Shown here one piece after another: positions 1 through 8,247 of a stretch of 64,000 nucleotides of DNA; positions within the stretch are counted from its first letter, which is position 1; every line of letters begins with the position of its first letter. A program made the translations under genes and the position numbers. The stretch is from Promethearchaeota archaeon (GTDB lineage Archaea; Asgardarchaeota; Lokiarchaeia; Sigyniarchaeales; SOKP01), in assembly GCA_016839585.1 (NCBI GenBank), contig JAEOTZ010000042.1, positions 1 through 64,000 on the forward strand. Reading direction: 5' to 3'. Below the pieces are notes generated by a model. It made no database searches, was not told the DNA's origin, and worked only from the letters and a program-made list of their open reading frames with translations.

Positions 1-1091
1 AAAAATAAAAGCATTAAATATAAGTTTGTAACAAAATAAGTGTACATATAGAAAAGCATAGAAACTAAAAATCCACTGAACCAGAATATTGGGATATATA
101 CTGCTAAAAATTTTATATTAACTCTACTGATCGCACTACTCGTTGTGAAATTAAGCGATAAATCTTTATCATCTTCATTATAATTTTGCGACTCTAACAT
201 TGGGGCATCAATTGAATCATCAAATTCCTCTAATTGTTCTAGAGTTTCAGGATCTATTTTTAAATAATTCTTGATTCTTCTTTTAAATATTTTCCTGAGA
301 GGTACTGCTCCTTGTGAAAAATAATAACCATTTCCTTTTATCACACTATGTTTTGCGGCTGAAGCTAAAGGAAGTAAATAAGAATTATCATATATTTCTG
401 TCCCTGAAGAAATTAGGTTCATTGCTGCGGCTGTGACATTATCTCCTACTTTTACTTTAAAATAAGAAATATTACCGAAGATTCCATCAACCATATGGGT
501 CGCTAAAGCTGAATTTACTCCAATATAGCAATTTTTGCCAATCTCGAGAAACCTATCATTAACTATAGATTCTTCTAATGTTGTACCTTTCCCAATTTGG
601 CTTGATTTTATGAAATTATAAAGCCAAGGCAGCAACCATGGAAAAAGACCTTTAGTGAAAGTATTTTTAGGGTATTTCATCAGAAAAGATTTTATATGAT
701 AATAATTTAATGTTTTACTCGGGAAATTTCTAGGTATTATCCCTGATTTCGAAGGAGATCTTTTTTCTGTTAGACCCCAAAACCATCGAGCAATTAGAGC
801 AATGAAAAATAAGCGAATTAAGTAGCATCCGATTATGACCAATGGCATAGATATTAATGCCAAAAGAGGTTTTAAATTGATAAAAAGTGAAAGAAAATTT
901 GTTGTTTCTAAAAAGTAAGGTAAAAAATAAAACAATACGTATGTCATGAAGATTATTACTGGAACCAAATAAGATATTAAATAAATAGTAAAAAAAATAA
1001 TTAAATACCAGAAATATTGAAACTGGACATCTTCTTTTATTATATTCTTGATCGAAAGACTTGAACTTACTTTTTCTTTTACTTTAGGCAT
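1..1091 (-). CDS. Membrane LbH (hexapeptide-repeat) acyltransferase-like protein, multi-unit fusion; 3' end runs off the window (not in ORF track)
   Basis: Manual translation from ATG at 1091: MPKVKEKVSSSLSIKNIIKEDVQFQYFWYL...SPSKSGIIPRNFPSKTL...GKGTTLEE...ALATHMVDGIFGNIS...PLRKIFKRR, then NFTTSSAISRVNIKFLAVYIPIFWFSG, open to base 1. The first ~290 aa parallel 12528..13421 and the remainder parallels the start of 11601..12503. Confidence 0.85.
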   Translation of the reverse strand, partial: MPKVKEKVSSSLSIKNIIKEDVQFQYFWYLIIFFTIYLISYLVPVIIFMTYVLFYFLPYFLETTNFLSLFINLKPLLALISMPLVIIGCYLIRLFFIALIARWFWGLTEKRSPSKSGIIPRNFPSKTLNYYHIKSFLMKYPKNTFTKGLFPWLLPWLYNFIKSSQIGKGTTLEESIVNDRFLEIGKNCYIGVNSALATHMVDGIFGNISYFKVKVGDNVTAAAMNLISSGTEIYDNSYLLPLASAAKHSVIKGNGYYFSQGAVPLRKIFKRRIKNYLKIDPETLEQLEEFDDSIDAPMLESQNYNEDDKDLSLNFTTSSAISRVNIKFLAVYIPIFWFSGFLVSMLFYMYTYFVTNLYLMLLF

Positions 1092-1317
1092 ATAATACGT
1101 TTTTTATATTAACAATTTTCAGATATATTTACTAATTAAGTATTTGTTTCTAAAAAACTCTGATAGTAATTAATGATATTTGCTATAATAAGTTGAATCT
1201 TTAGAATTTTTAAATAAAAATGGACTCCAATACCCTTTGGATCCAGATACATTAGATAGATATTATTGATTACTTTCAGAAATAAAAAAAAATTAAAAAA
1301 TAAAGAAAAAAATAAAA

Positions 1318-1572
1318 TTAAGATTTATTTCTCTTTCTTATTAAGATGAAAGCTATGACACCCACCACCTCTAAAAGTATGTACACATCATAACCAAGAA
1401 TTTCAGGTGATGGTTGCTTAACCACATCCTTTATCACGATATTTTCCGCAGAAGTCTCAAACCCTAATGAATTGTTCACATAAAATTTGAGAGTAACAGC
1501 TCCATTTTCTCGCTTATTCCATCCCGTCTGGCTAATTTGTCCTGTGGGTCCGGTAAAAGTAATATTTATCAA
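1318..1572 (-). pseudogene. C-terminal fragment of a surface protein with a sorting signal
   Basis: TTG-started 84-aa ORF, NITFTGPTGQISQTGW..G.VTLKFYVNNSLG, followed by ILGY + TM + basic tail. No signal peptide; looks like the tail of a larger gene. Confidence 0.5.
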
Positions 1573-1657
1573 TATCTTTATAAAAAAAGCTATCCTATAT
1601 AGTTTGAAATCTACAATTTAGTAATATTTCAATATTCATTGTAGAGGATGAGAAATC

Positions 1658-3226
1658 TTGAAGAAAAAAAATTTTAAAATCTTAATATTAATAATAGTTG
1701 TAATTTCAACAGTATTTTTTATAAATAGATCTTTTGCAACTAAAAATCAAACTATTGGAGAATCAAGTGTAACTAACATTGAGATACCTCAATTATCATT
1801 TGAGACTTTATGGACACCTAATGGTATGGCCATATGTACAGCGGAAGATAACCAAAATTTCCCTCAAATATGTAGTGATGGGGCAGGGGGAGCAATCATT
1901 ACTTGGGTAGATGATAGAAGCTCGGAATTAGATATTTACGCTCAGAGGGTTGATTCAGATGGAAATATTCAATGGACACCTAACGGAACAGCCATCTGTA
2001 CCGCAGACAATGACCAAGAGGATCCTCAAATATGTAGTGATGGGGCAGGGGGAGCAATCATTACTTGGGTAGATGATAGAAGCTCGGAATTAGATATTTA
2101 CGCTCAGAGGGTTGATTCAGATGGAAATATTCAATGGACGCTTAACGGAACAGCAATTTGTACAGCACCTGAGTTCCAATCTGGACCTCAGATATGCAGT
2201 GATGGGGCAGGGGGAGCAATTATAACATGGTTGGATACTAGAGGAGGTAGTGATAATATCTACACACAAAAAGTTAATGCAACTGGAGATGTGCAATGGG
2301 TCATCAATGGTATAGCTATACATATAGCAGATTTTATCCAATTAGCCCCTCAAATATGCAGTGACGGAGCAGGAGGGGCGATTATTGCATGGGATGATTT
2401 TAGAAGCGAATTAGATGAAGATATTTACGCCCAAAGGGTTGATTCAGATGGAGTTGTGCAATGGGCAAGTAATGGTACAGCTATATGTACGGCAAATAAT
2501 GAACAATTGTATTATCAAATATCTGCTGATGGAGCAGGGGGGGCAATCATAACATGGTCAGATTATAGAATTAATCCGTCAGGTGATATTTACGCCCAGA
2601 AAGTAGACTCATCCGGGAATGTACAATGGACTACCGATGGAATAGCTATATGCACGAATATTGACGGATTCCCCCGAATATTTGTCCCCCAAATCTGTAG
2701 TGATGGAGGAGGAGGAGCGATTATCTCATGGAACGGTTATGGCATGGATATGGATATCTATGCTCAGAGAGTTGATTCAACTGGAAATGTACAATGGACT
2801 GTCAATGGCATAGCTATATGTACAGCAGATGGAAGGCAAGTTGATCATCAAATTTGTAGTGACGAAAATGGGGGTGCAATCATTACTTGGACAGATGGTA
2901 GATACTCAATTAGGGATATTTACGCTCAGAAAGTTAGTGCTAATGGAAATACACAATGGACGTCTAATGGGAAACCCATATGCACGGAAAGCAATACCCA
3001 AGCATACCCGCAAATTTGCAGCGACGGAACAGGTGACGCAATCATCATCTGGGAAGATCTTAGAAGTGGTGCAGACTACGACATTTACGCTCAGCGGATA
3101 AAAGATGTTACATCGAAAGGAGGAGCAATTCCATTTGGAAATTACTACCTCCTTTTTACTTTGATTAGTATACTTTCTCTAATAATTCTTGAAAAATGCC
3201 GAAATATCCATAAATTCAAATTGTAA
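1658..3226 (+). CDS. Secreted/surface beta-propeller repeat protein with C-terminal TM anchor
   Basis: N-terminal signal; 8 repeats of ~54 aa (W..NG.AICT....Q..PQICSDGAGGAIITW.D.R....DIYAQRVD..G); C-terminal IPFGN + TM + basic tail. Confidence 0.85.
   Translation: MKKKNFKILILIIVVISTVFFINRSFATKNQTIGESSVTNIEIPQLSFETLWTPNGMAICTAEDNQNFPQICSDGAGGAIITWVDDRSSELDIYAQRVDSDGNIQWTPNGTAICTADNDQEDPQICSDGAGGAIITWVDDRSSELDIYAQRVDSDGNIQWTLNGTAICTAPEFQSGPQICSDGAGGAIITWLDTRGGSDNIYTQKVNATGDVQWVINGIAIHIADFIQLAPQICSDGAGGAIIAWDDFRSELDEDIYAQRVDSDGVVQWASNGTAICTANNEQLYYQISADGAGGAIITWSDYRINPSGDIYAQKVDSSGNVQWTTDGIAICTNIDGFPRIFVPQICSDGGGGAIISWNGYGMDMDIYAQRVDSTGNVQWTVNGIAICTADGRQVDHQICSDENGGAIITWTDGRYSIRDIYAQKVSANGNTQWTSNGKPICTESNTQAYPQICSDGTGDAIIIWEDLRSGADYDIYAQRIKDVTSKGGAIPFGNYYLLFTLISILSLIILEKCRNIHKFKL
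1862..2139 (+). repeat. Exact intragenic direct repeat, 116 bp x2 (1862-1977 and 2024-2139, period 162 bp)
   Basis: Both copies read cctcaaatatgtagtgatggggcaggg...gaaatattcaatggac identically. Confidence 0.85.
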
Positions 3227-3410
3227 TTCATCATTATTTTTTTTTTATCCTAAATTAAACCAATAATTAGCTTAAATTTTTTTTTTTTTCTATCGCTTTA
3301 CTTTCAATATATTTTTACATTAAAATACAGAGATTTAGTGTTTAATTATAAGAAAGGTTAATATTAAGGACATCCACCTTTAATATTGGAAGTAGTATAG
3401 TAAGAATAAA

Positions 3411-3530
3411 CTTCTGATAAGTATCTTACAAGGAAAAGAAGAACCGACAATTCATGGTTTTTCCATATTGTTCTTTATTAGTGCCATCGGTGTATTAACA
3501 GCTTTAACTATAAAGAAAAAATTAAAATAA
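3411..3530 (+). pseudogene. Orphan C-terminal sorting-signal remnant
   Basis: Frame reads LLISILQGKEEPTIHGFSILFFISAIGVLTALTIKKKLK* with no ATG after an upstream TAG at 3393-3395. Confidence 0.45.
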
Positions 3531-3650
3531 TTTTTTTTAGCTAATTATACCATTTCTAAGACAAAAGTGGAAATGAATTGCAATAAAGAGTTTTTGTTAA
3601 GTTGAATCATTAGTTTAATTATTATAAAAATGATCATTTAGGAGATTATC

Positions 3651-5324
3651 TTGAAATCTTTTGATTTTGATTTTGAAGTTCAAGAGATCTTTACTAAAAA
3701 ATTCTCTAATATCAAATCTCTTAACTGGAAAAGTTGGCTTGAAATAGGTTCTAAGGAAGAATATGAAGAGCTTGCACTGAAACTTTCTGGATTATTTTCG
3801 ATTGAAAATGTTTTAGAAAGAATTAAAGAGGAAAAAACGGATTCCAGAAGTTTTTCAATCGATCTAAATTCTTTTTTAGTTACATGGCAGGATAAAGATC
3901 CTCCAATTTTTTGCCATACTTCTGGAACAACAGATAATAAATTATCCAATTTAAAATGGTTTCATATGTCTAGAGATATTATTGAAAGGCAATGGGCTCC
4001 AGGAATGCAAGCTATTTTTGAATCAAGTGGTTTGGATACTAAGTCATCAGCAATTATTTTTATACCATCTAGATTGGAATTTGATGGAATTAGGAGAAGT
4101 GAAGATACTACCCATATTTCATTATATTCTTCAGAATTTTCTCAGAGAATTATGCTTTCTGTTGTTAAACCTTATTCATATACATTCTATGAATATAGAA
4201 ATTCAAAGAATTTAGAAATTATATCTAAGATTTTACTTATGGAAAATATTGCAGTTATTTCTGCTCCTGCTATAACAATTCTGGGTTGGGCTGATATAAA
4301 TAGATTACAAACTGGCTTAAAGAAATCTCTCAATTCAATAGATTCGGTTAATAATTCAATCTTAGAGAGTTTTTTAAATAAAATTAAAAAAAAAGGCTTG
4401 AGTTCTGTAGCAAGAGAAATTCAAGAAAAATTGTCAGAAAAATTATCTAAGGCTACATTGATTTTTAGTATTAGTTCTCTTTCTAAATCAGACTGGGAAT
4501 TAATTCGTACATTGATGAAATGGGAGACAGGTAAAGAAAAATTCACAAATCTCTATGTATCCTCTGAGATCGGACCTTTTGCGGCAAGTATCAATAAAGG
4601 AAATTTTGAAATTTCACGTTTAAATAGAATGTATGTTTTTCCTTTAACATTGCCTGTTATTGAGAGTAAAGGTAAGAAGGAATTAATATCTAGAAGTAAA
4701 AATAAACTTGGTAAGCTTCTTGTATCTAGATTGAATAATTCAAGAGTTCTAATCAATATTGATACAGGAGATATTATCTCTGTTAAGAACAAAGAAGCAA
4801 TTCCTCAAATTGATGGGAAAATTTTAAGATCACAATTCCAATTAAAATATCCTATTAAGATATCAAATCAAATTAAAATTAACTCAAACTATACTATCTA
4901 CGCCGGAGATTACTTTTCGTTAACTGATTTTGAAATAGTTGAACCGCGTGTTCTATTAAATCGTTTGAAAGAACAATGTAATTTTACAAGTGATTCCTTA
5001 ATATTAATTAAATTTATTGAAAAAGAGAAAATTAAGTGGAAACTAATCATACCTTCAAGTAAAAATACAATTTGCTCAGATGAACGCAGTGTGAGAAAAT
5101 TTATCTTAAAATATCCAGAATTTGATGAAATACATCAAGCAATTAAAGACCAAATTATCCATTTTCAGTTAATCAATGGTAATCCCGTAGATTTTCTAGC
5201 CCACCGCGATGAGATGTTAATGAGAGTTAGAAATGGCAAAATTCCAAAGGGAATTCTTAAAAAATGGTCTTTATATGTTATTAAACCTGAACAACCCCAA
5301 TTAATTAAAAAAGAAAAAATTTGA
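3651..5324 (+). CDS. GH3/LuxE/PaaK-like acyl-adenylate-forming (ANL superfamily) enzyme
   Basis: ANL motifs HTSGTT (P-loop), LYVSSEIG and DTGD. Confidence 0.65.
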   Translation: MKSFDFDFEVQEIFTKKFSNIKSLNWKSWLEIGSKEEYEELALKLSGLFSIENVLERIKEEKTDSRSFSIDLNSFLVTWQDKDPPIFCHTSGTTDNKLSNLKWFHMSRDIIERQWAPGMQAIFESSGLDTKSSAIIFIPSRLEFDGIRRSEDTTHISLYSSEFSQRIMLSVVKPYSYTFYEYRNSKNLEIISKILLMENIAVISAPAITILGWADINRLQTGLKKSLNSIDSVNNSILESFLNKIKKKGLSSVAREIQEKLSEKLSKATLIFSISSLSKSDWELIRTLMKWETGKEKFTNLYVSSEIGPFAASINKGNFEISRLNRMYVFPLTLPVIESKGKKELISRSKNKLGKLLVSRLNNSRVLINIDTGDIISVKNKEAIPQIDGKILRSQFQLKYPIKISNQIKINSNYTIYAGDYFSLTDFEIVEPRVLLNRLKEQCNFTSDSLILIKFIEKEKIKWKLIIPSSKNTICSDERSVRKFILKYPEFDEIHQAIKDQIIHFQLINGNPVDFLAHRDEMLMRVRNGKIPKGILKKWSLYVIKPEQPQLIKKEKI

Positions 5325-5334
5325 TATTTTAAAT

Positions 5335-5736
5335 TTATTTCCAAATTACTAAAATACTTCCCGCAATTAAAAATGCAATAAGATAAACGATATATTCTAA
5401 AAGAAATAGTTTCATACCTCTATCGTTAAAATTCGACTGATTTATACCTATAGTTGCGACAAATCCAATCCAAAGCAATAAACTGAGTAATAAAGCGGGA
5501 CCAATCTCTGATAATCCTATTAAGATCATAACAACATCAATTACAAGTACTGTAATAAAACTTAATGGAATCATAATTATTGTTTCTTTTATAATTTTAG
5601 ATTTGGGCTCACCTTCTTTACCAACTAATTTAAGCCAGAGATTTCCGAATGCAGAAGGAAAATACCAAAAAAAATGTATGGCAAAATAAATCAGAGCGAC
5701 AATAGTAACTGCTAACCAATTAATTTCAATAGCCAT
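5335..5736 (-). CDS. DUF1761-like 4-TM membrane protein, copy 1
   Basis: INWLAV...WYFPSAFGNLWLKL...LLWIGFVAT pattern; ATG at 5736. Confidence 0.75.
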   Translation of the reverse strand: MAIEINWLAVTIVALIYFAIHFFWYFPSAFGNLWLKLVGKEGEPKSKIIKETIIMIPLSFITVLVIDVVMILIGLSEIGPALLLSLLLWIGFVATIGINQSNFNDRGMKLFLLEYIVYLIAFLIAGSILVIWK

Positions 5737-5776
5737 TTTAAACCACAATTTATCATTTTAATATATTTTAATAGGA

Positions 5777-5813
5777 ATATAATTAAGCAATATTTATTTC
5801 TTATTTATTTAAA
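5777..5813. promoter_or_regulatory. Conserved divergent promoter region, copy 1
   Basis: ATATAATTAAGC-N2-TATTTATTTCTT-N-TTTATTTAAA is repeated at 6984-7020 (offset 1207). Confidence 0.55.
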
Positions 5814-5843
5814 TTATAACTAAAATACCTAAGTGAACTCTAA

Positions 5844-6317
5844 GTGAAAGATAAATTTAATTTAGTAGAAAAAAAAATCAAGGAATTTTCCCTGTCAAAT
5901 TCTAGAGGCGAAACTAGAAATATCCGTGAATTTGAGGGTGAAAAAAATGTAGTGATTGTGCTATTCAGGAGTAAAAGTTGACCCTATGCTAAGGCTCATT
6001 CAGAAAAATTAGGAAATGATTATGAAAAATTTAGAGAACTTAATGCTGAACTATATGCAATCTTACCAGATGACCTTGAAAATGCGAAAATTTTTGAATC
6101 GAATTTTGCAAAAGAGTATGCTATATTTTATGATGATAAAAAAAAGGTAAATAAAATGTTAAAGCAAGAAGTAAAGCCTTTAAAATTGGGGAGAATGCCA
6201 GCGCTCCTTATTATAGATAAACAAGGGATTATAAGATATGCATATTATAGTGATTCTATGGCTGATATCCCGGAGAATGAAGATTTATTTGAAGTGCTTG
6301 AGAGCTTGAATAATTAA
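5844..6317 (+). CDS. Peroxiredoxin-like (AhpC/TSA/redoxin) putative selenoprotein, copy 1 (157 aa, in-frame TGA 5979-5981, motif UPYA); absent from ORF track
   Basis: GTG start; MKDKFNLVEKKIKEFSLSNSRGETRNIREFEGEKNVVIVLFRSKS-TGA-PYAKAHSEKL...GRMPALLIIDKQGIIRYAYYSDSMADIPENEDLFEVLESLNN*. Thioredoxin-fold homology on both sides of the TGA. Confidence 0.85.
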
Positions 6318-6320
6318 AAC

Positions 6321-6391
6321 GATTTGGTATGAATAAAATAGAATAAATTTTTGAATTTTATTCATAAAAGTTAGCCACACTTGACCAAATC
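6321..6391 (+). ncRNA. Conserved 3' UTR three-way-junction RNA (candidate UGA-recoding element), copy 1
   Basis: P1 GATTTGGT/ACCAAATC; P2 ATGAATAAAAT/ATTTTATTCAT; P3 AAGT/ACTT with loop TAGCCAC. Confidence 0.6.
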
Positions 6392-6530
6392 ATATTTATA
6401 ATTTCATGAAAAGATTTGTCCACATCTTATAAGAGTATTATAAAATAACTAGAGTTCAATTAAGAAAATCTTATATGTTTTCGAACCTTAACACTTAAAA
6501 TTAATTAAAAAAAAAATTGAAATTTTTAAT

Positions 6531-6932
6531 TTATTTCCAGACTACCAAAATACTTCCAGCAACCAAAAATCCAATAAGATAAAAGATATATTCCAATAGA
6601 AACAGTTTTAAACCTCTATCATTAAAATTAGTTTGATTTAGTCCTATCGTGGCTACAAAACCTATCCAAAGTAATAAATTTAGCAACAGTGCAGGACCAA
6701 TCTCGGTTATACCTGCTAAAATCATCACTACATCTATAATTAATACGGTAATGAAACTTGTTGGAATCATTATAATTGTATCTCTTATAATCTTTGATTT
6801 AGGTTCGCTTTCTTTTCCTACTAATTTTAACCATAAATTACCGAATGCGAATGGAAAATACCAAAAAAAATGTATTGCAAAATATATTAATGCGACTACA
6901 ATAACTGCTATCCAATTAATTTCAAAAGCCAT
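6531..6932 (-). CDS. DUF1761-like 4-TM membrane protein, copy 2
   Basis: Close paralog of 5335..5736; ATG at 6932 (GTG at 6938 also possible). Confidence 0.75.
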   Translation of the reverse strand: MAFEINWIAVIVVALIYFAIHFFWYFPFAFGNLWLKLVGKESEPKSKIIRDTIIMIPTSFITVLIIDVVMILAGITEIGPALLLNLLLWIGFVATIGLNQTNFNDRGLKLFLLEYIFYLIGFLVAGSILVVWK

Positions 6933-6983
6933 TTCCACACCAAAAAATAAATTTTTATTTTAAATTTATAATTTTTAAGGATT

Positions 6984-7020
6984 ATATAATTAAGCTGTAT
7001 TTATTTCTTCTTTATTTAAA
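6984..7020. promoter_or_regulatory. Conserved divergent promoter region, copy 2
   Basis: Matches 5777-5813. Confidence 0.55.
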
Positions 7021-7049
7021 ATATAAATAAAAATTAAAATGAAGTCAAA

Positions 7050-7526
7050 ATGAAAGATAAATTTAATTTAGTAGGCACTAAAATCTATGAGTTTAGTTTA
7101 CCAAATTCTAGAGGTGAAACGATCAACATTAGAGATTTCGAAAACAAAAAAAATGTAATAATTGTATTATTTAGAGATATCAATTGACCTTTTTGTCGAT
7201 GGCATGCTGCTAGATTAAGAAGAGACCTTGAAAAATTTGAAAAATTGGATGGATTTTTGTATCCAATTTTAGTTGATAATGAAAAAAATGCTAAAAAAAT
7301 GGAACAGAAATATGCAAAAAAGTACGCTGTCTTTTATGATGAATCAAAAAAAGTTGCTACGCTGTTAAAACAAGAAAAAAGGTGGATTAAACTTGGTCGT
7401 ATGCCGGGATTATTAGTAATTGACAAGAAAGGGATCATTCAATACGCCTATTATGGGAAAAGTATGCATGATATCCCAGAAAACAATGAAATATTGCAAG
7501 TTCTTGAAAAAATAAATAAAAAATAA
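7050..7526 (+). CDS. Peroxiredoxin-like putative selenoprotein, copy 2 (158 aa, in-frame TGA 7185-7187, motif UPFC)
   Basis: ATG 7050; MKDKFNLVGTKIYEFSLPNSRGETINIRDFENKKNVIIVLFRDIN-TGA-PFCRWHAARL... continues in frame into track ORF 7245..7526. Confidence 0.87.
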
Positions 7527-7597
7527 TGATTTGGTAAGAATAAAATAAAAAAAAATGAGATTTTATTCTTTAAAGTTAGCCACACTTTACCAAATCA
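7527..7597 (+). ncRNA. Conserved 3' UTR three-way-junction RNA (candidate UGA-recoding element), copy 2
   Basis: P1 TGATTTGGT/ACCAAATCA; P2 AAGAATAAAAT/ATTTTATTCTT; P3 AAAGT/ACTTT with loop TAGCCAC. Confidence 0.6.
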
Positions 7598-7660
7598 AAT
7601 TACAATTTATAAATATATCAAAAAGAGATATTCTCATAGGAGCATTATAAAATTAAATCC

Positions 7661-8140
7661 TTATCTTTCTTCAAAGGATTTGAGTCCAACTAATTTTCCG
7701 ACTACTTCAAATTTATAGATAATTTGATCTTCAGTTTTGAAATTATCCCATCCTCCTTTTTTTTTGAATCCATGAGCCGAAAGAAAATTGGTAGAAAAAT
7801 TCTCTCTAGCAATTTGTACCATCTTATTCATAACTTTGTGTTTTAACGCTTTATCTTTGATAATCTTTAAAACCCCTTGCATCGAAACAAAATAATAACT
7901 GCTTAAATCAGGTTCAAAATTTTCGATTGAAACACATACATTGGGATTTTTTGAGAGTAGCTCTTTCTTTTTGCCATAATCGGTAAAATGAAAGTATAAA
8001 GTGTTATCAATGCAAACATATTGGAAAGGAGAGATATAAGGAAAATCATCATCAATGAATGCAATTCTACATAAATTATGAGAATAAATTGCTTCTCTTA
8101 TTTCCTTTTCACTCATTTTTGGTAGTTTAATTGTTTTCAT
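7661..8140 (-). CDS. Pyridoxamine 5'-phosphate oxidase-like (NimA-type) FMN-binding protein
   Basis: CRIAF..PYISP..LYFH...GKK..L..NPNVCVSI. Confidence 0.8.
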   Translation of the reverse strand: MKTIKLPKMSEKEIREAIYSHNLCRIAFIDDDFPYISPFQYVCIDNTLYFHFTDYGKKKELLSKNPNVCVSIENFEPDLSSYYFVSMQGVLKIIKDKALKHKVMNKMVQIARENFSTNFLSAHGFKKKGGWDNFKTEDQIIYKFEVVGKLVGLKSFEER

Positions 8141-8247
8141 TTATCTAACCAACATTTCTAATCTTTTGAGATTTTGCTGTAACTAAAAAAAAATTTCCTC
8201 AAATTTATATTTGTTTACAAATATTTCTTAATTTTAATGAGATCTAA

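Noticed and set aside
1862-2139. Repeat as CRISPR or DGR template/variable pair
   Set aside because: In-frame 162-bp coding periodicity; no spacers, no adenine-specific mismatches, and no RT or cas gene in the window.
5979-6040. Bacterial-type SECIS immediately after the UGA
   Set aside because: No convincing hairpin is conserved between the two copies downstream of the TGA.
6406-6435. ATGAA-AAGAT-TTGTCCAC-ATCTT as a eukaryote-like SECIS
   Set aside because: Only a 5-bp stem, no GA on the 3' side, and not conserved in copy 2.
7245-7526. Track ORF of 93 aa as a complete gene
   Set aside because: It is the 3' part of 7050..7526; homology to copy 1 and the redoxin fold extend upstream through the TGA.
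5844-7526. Genome-wide UGA reassignment (Trp/Gly)
   Set aside because: TGA terminates other genes here (e.g. 5324, 29194, 52436) and Trp is encoded by TGG.
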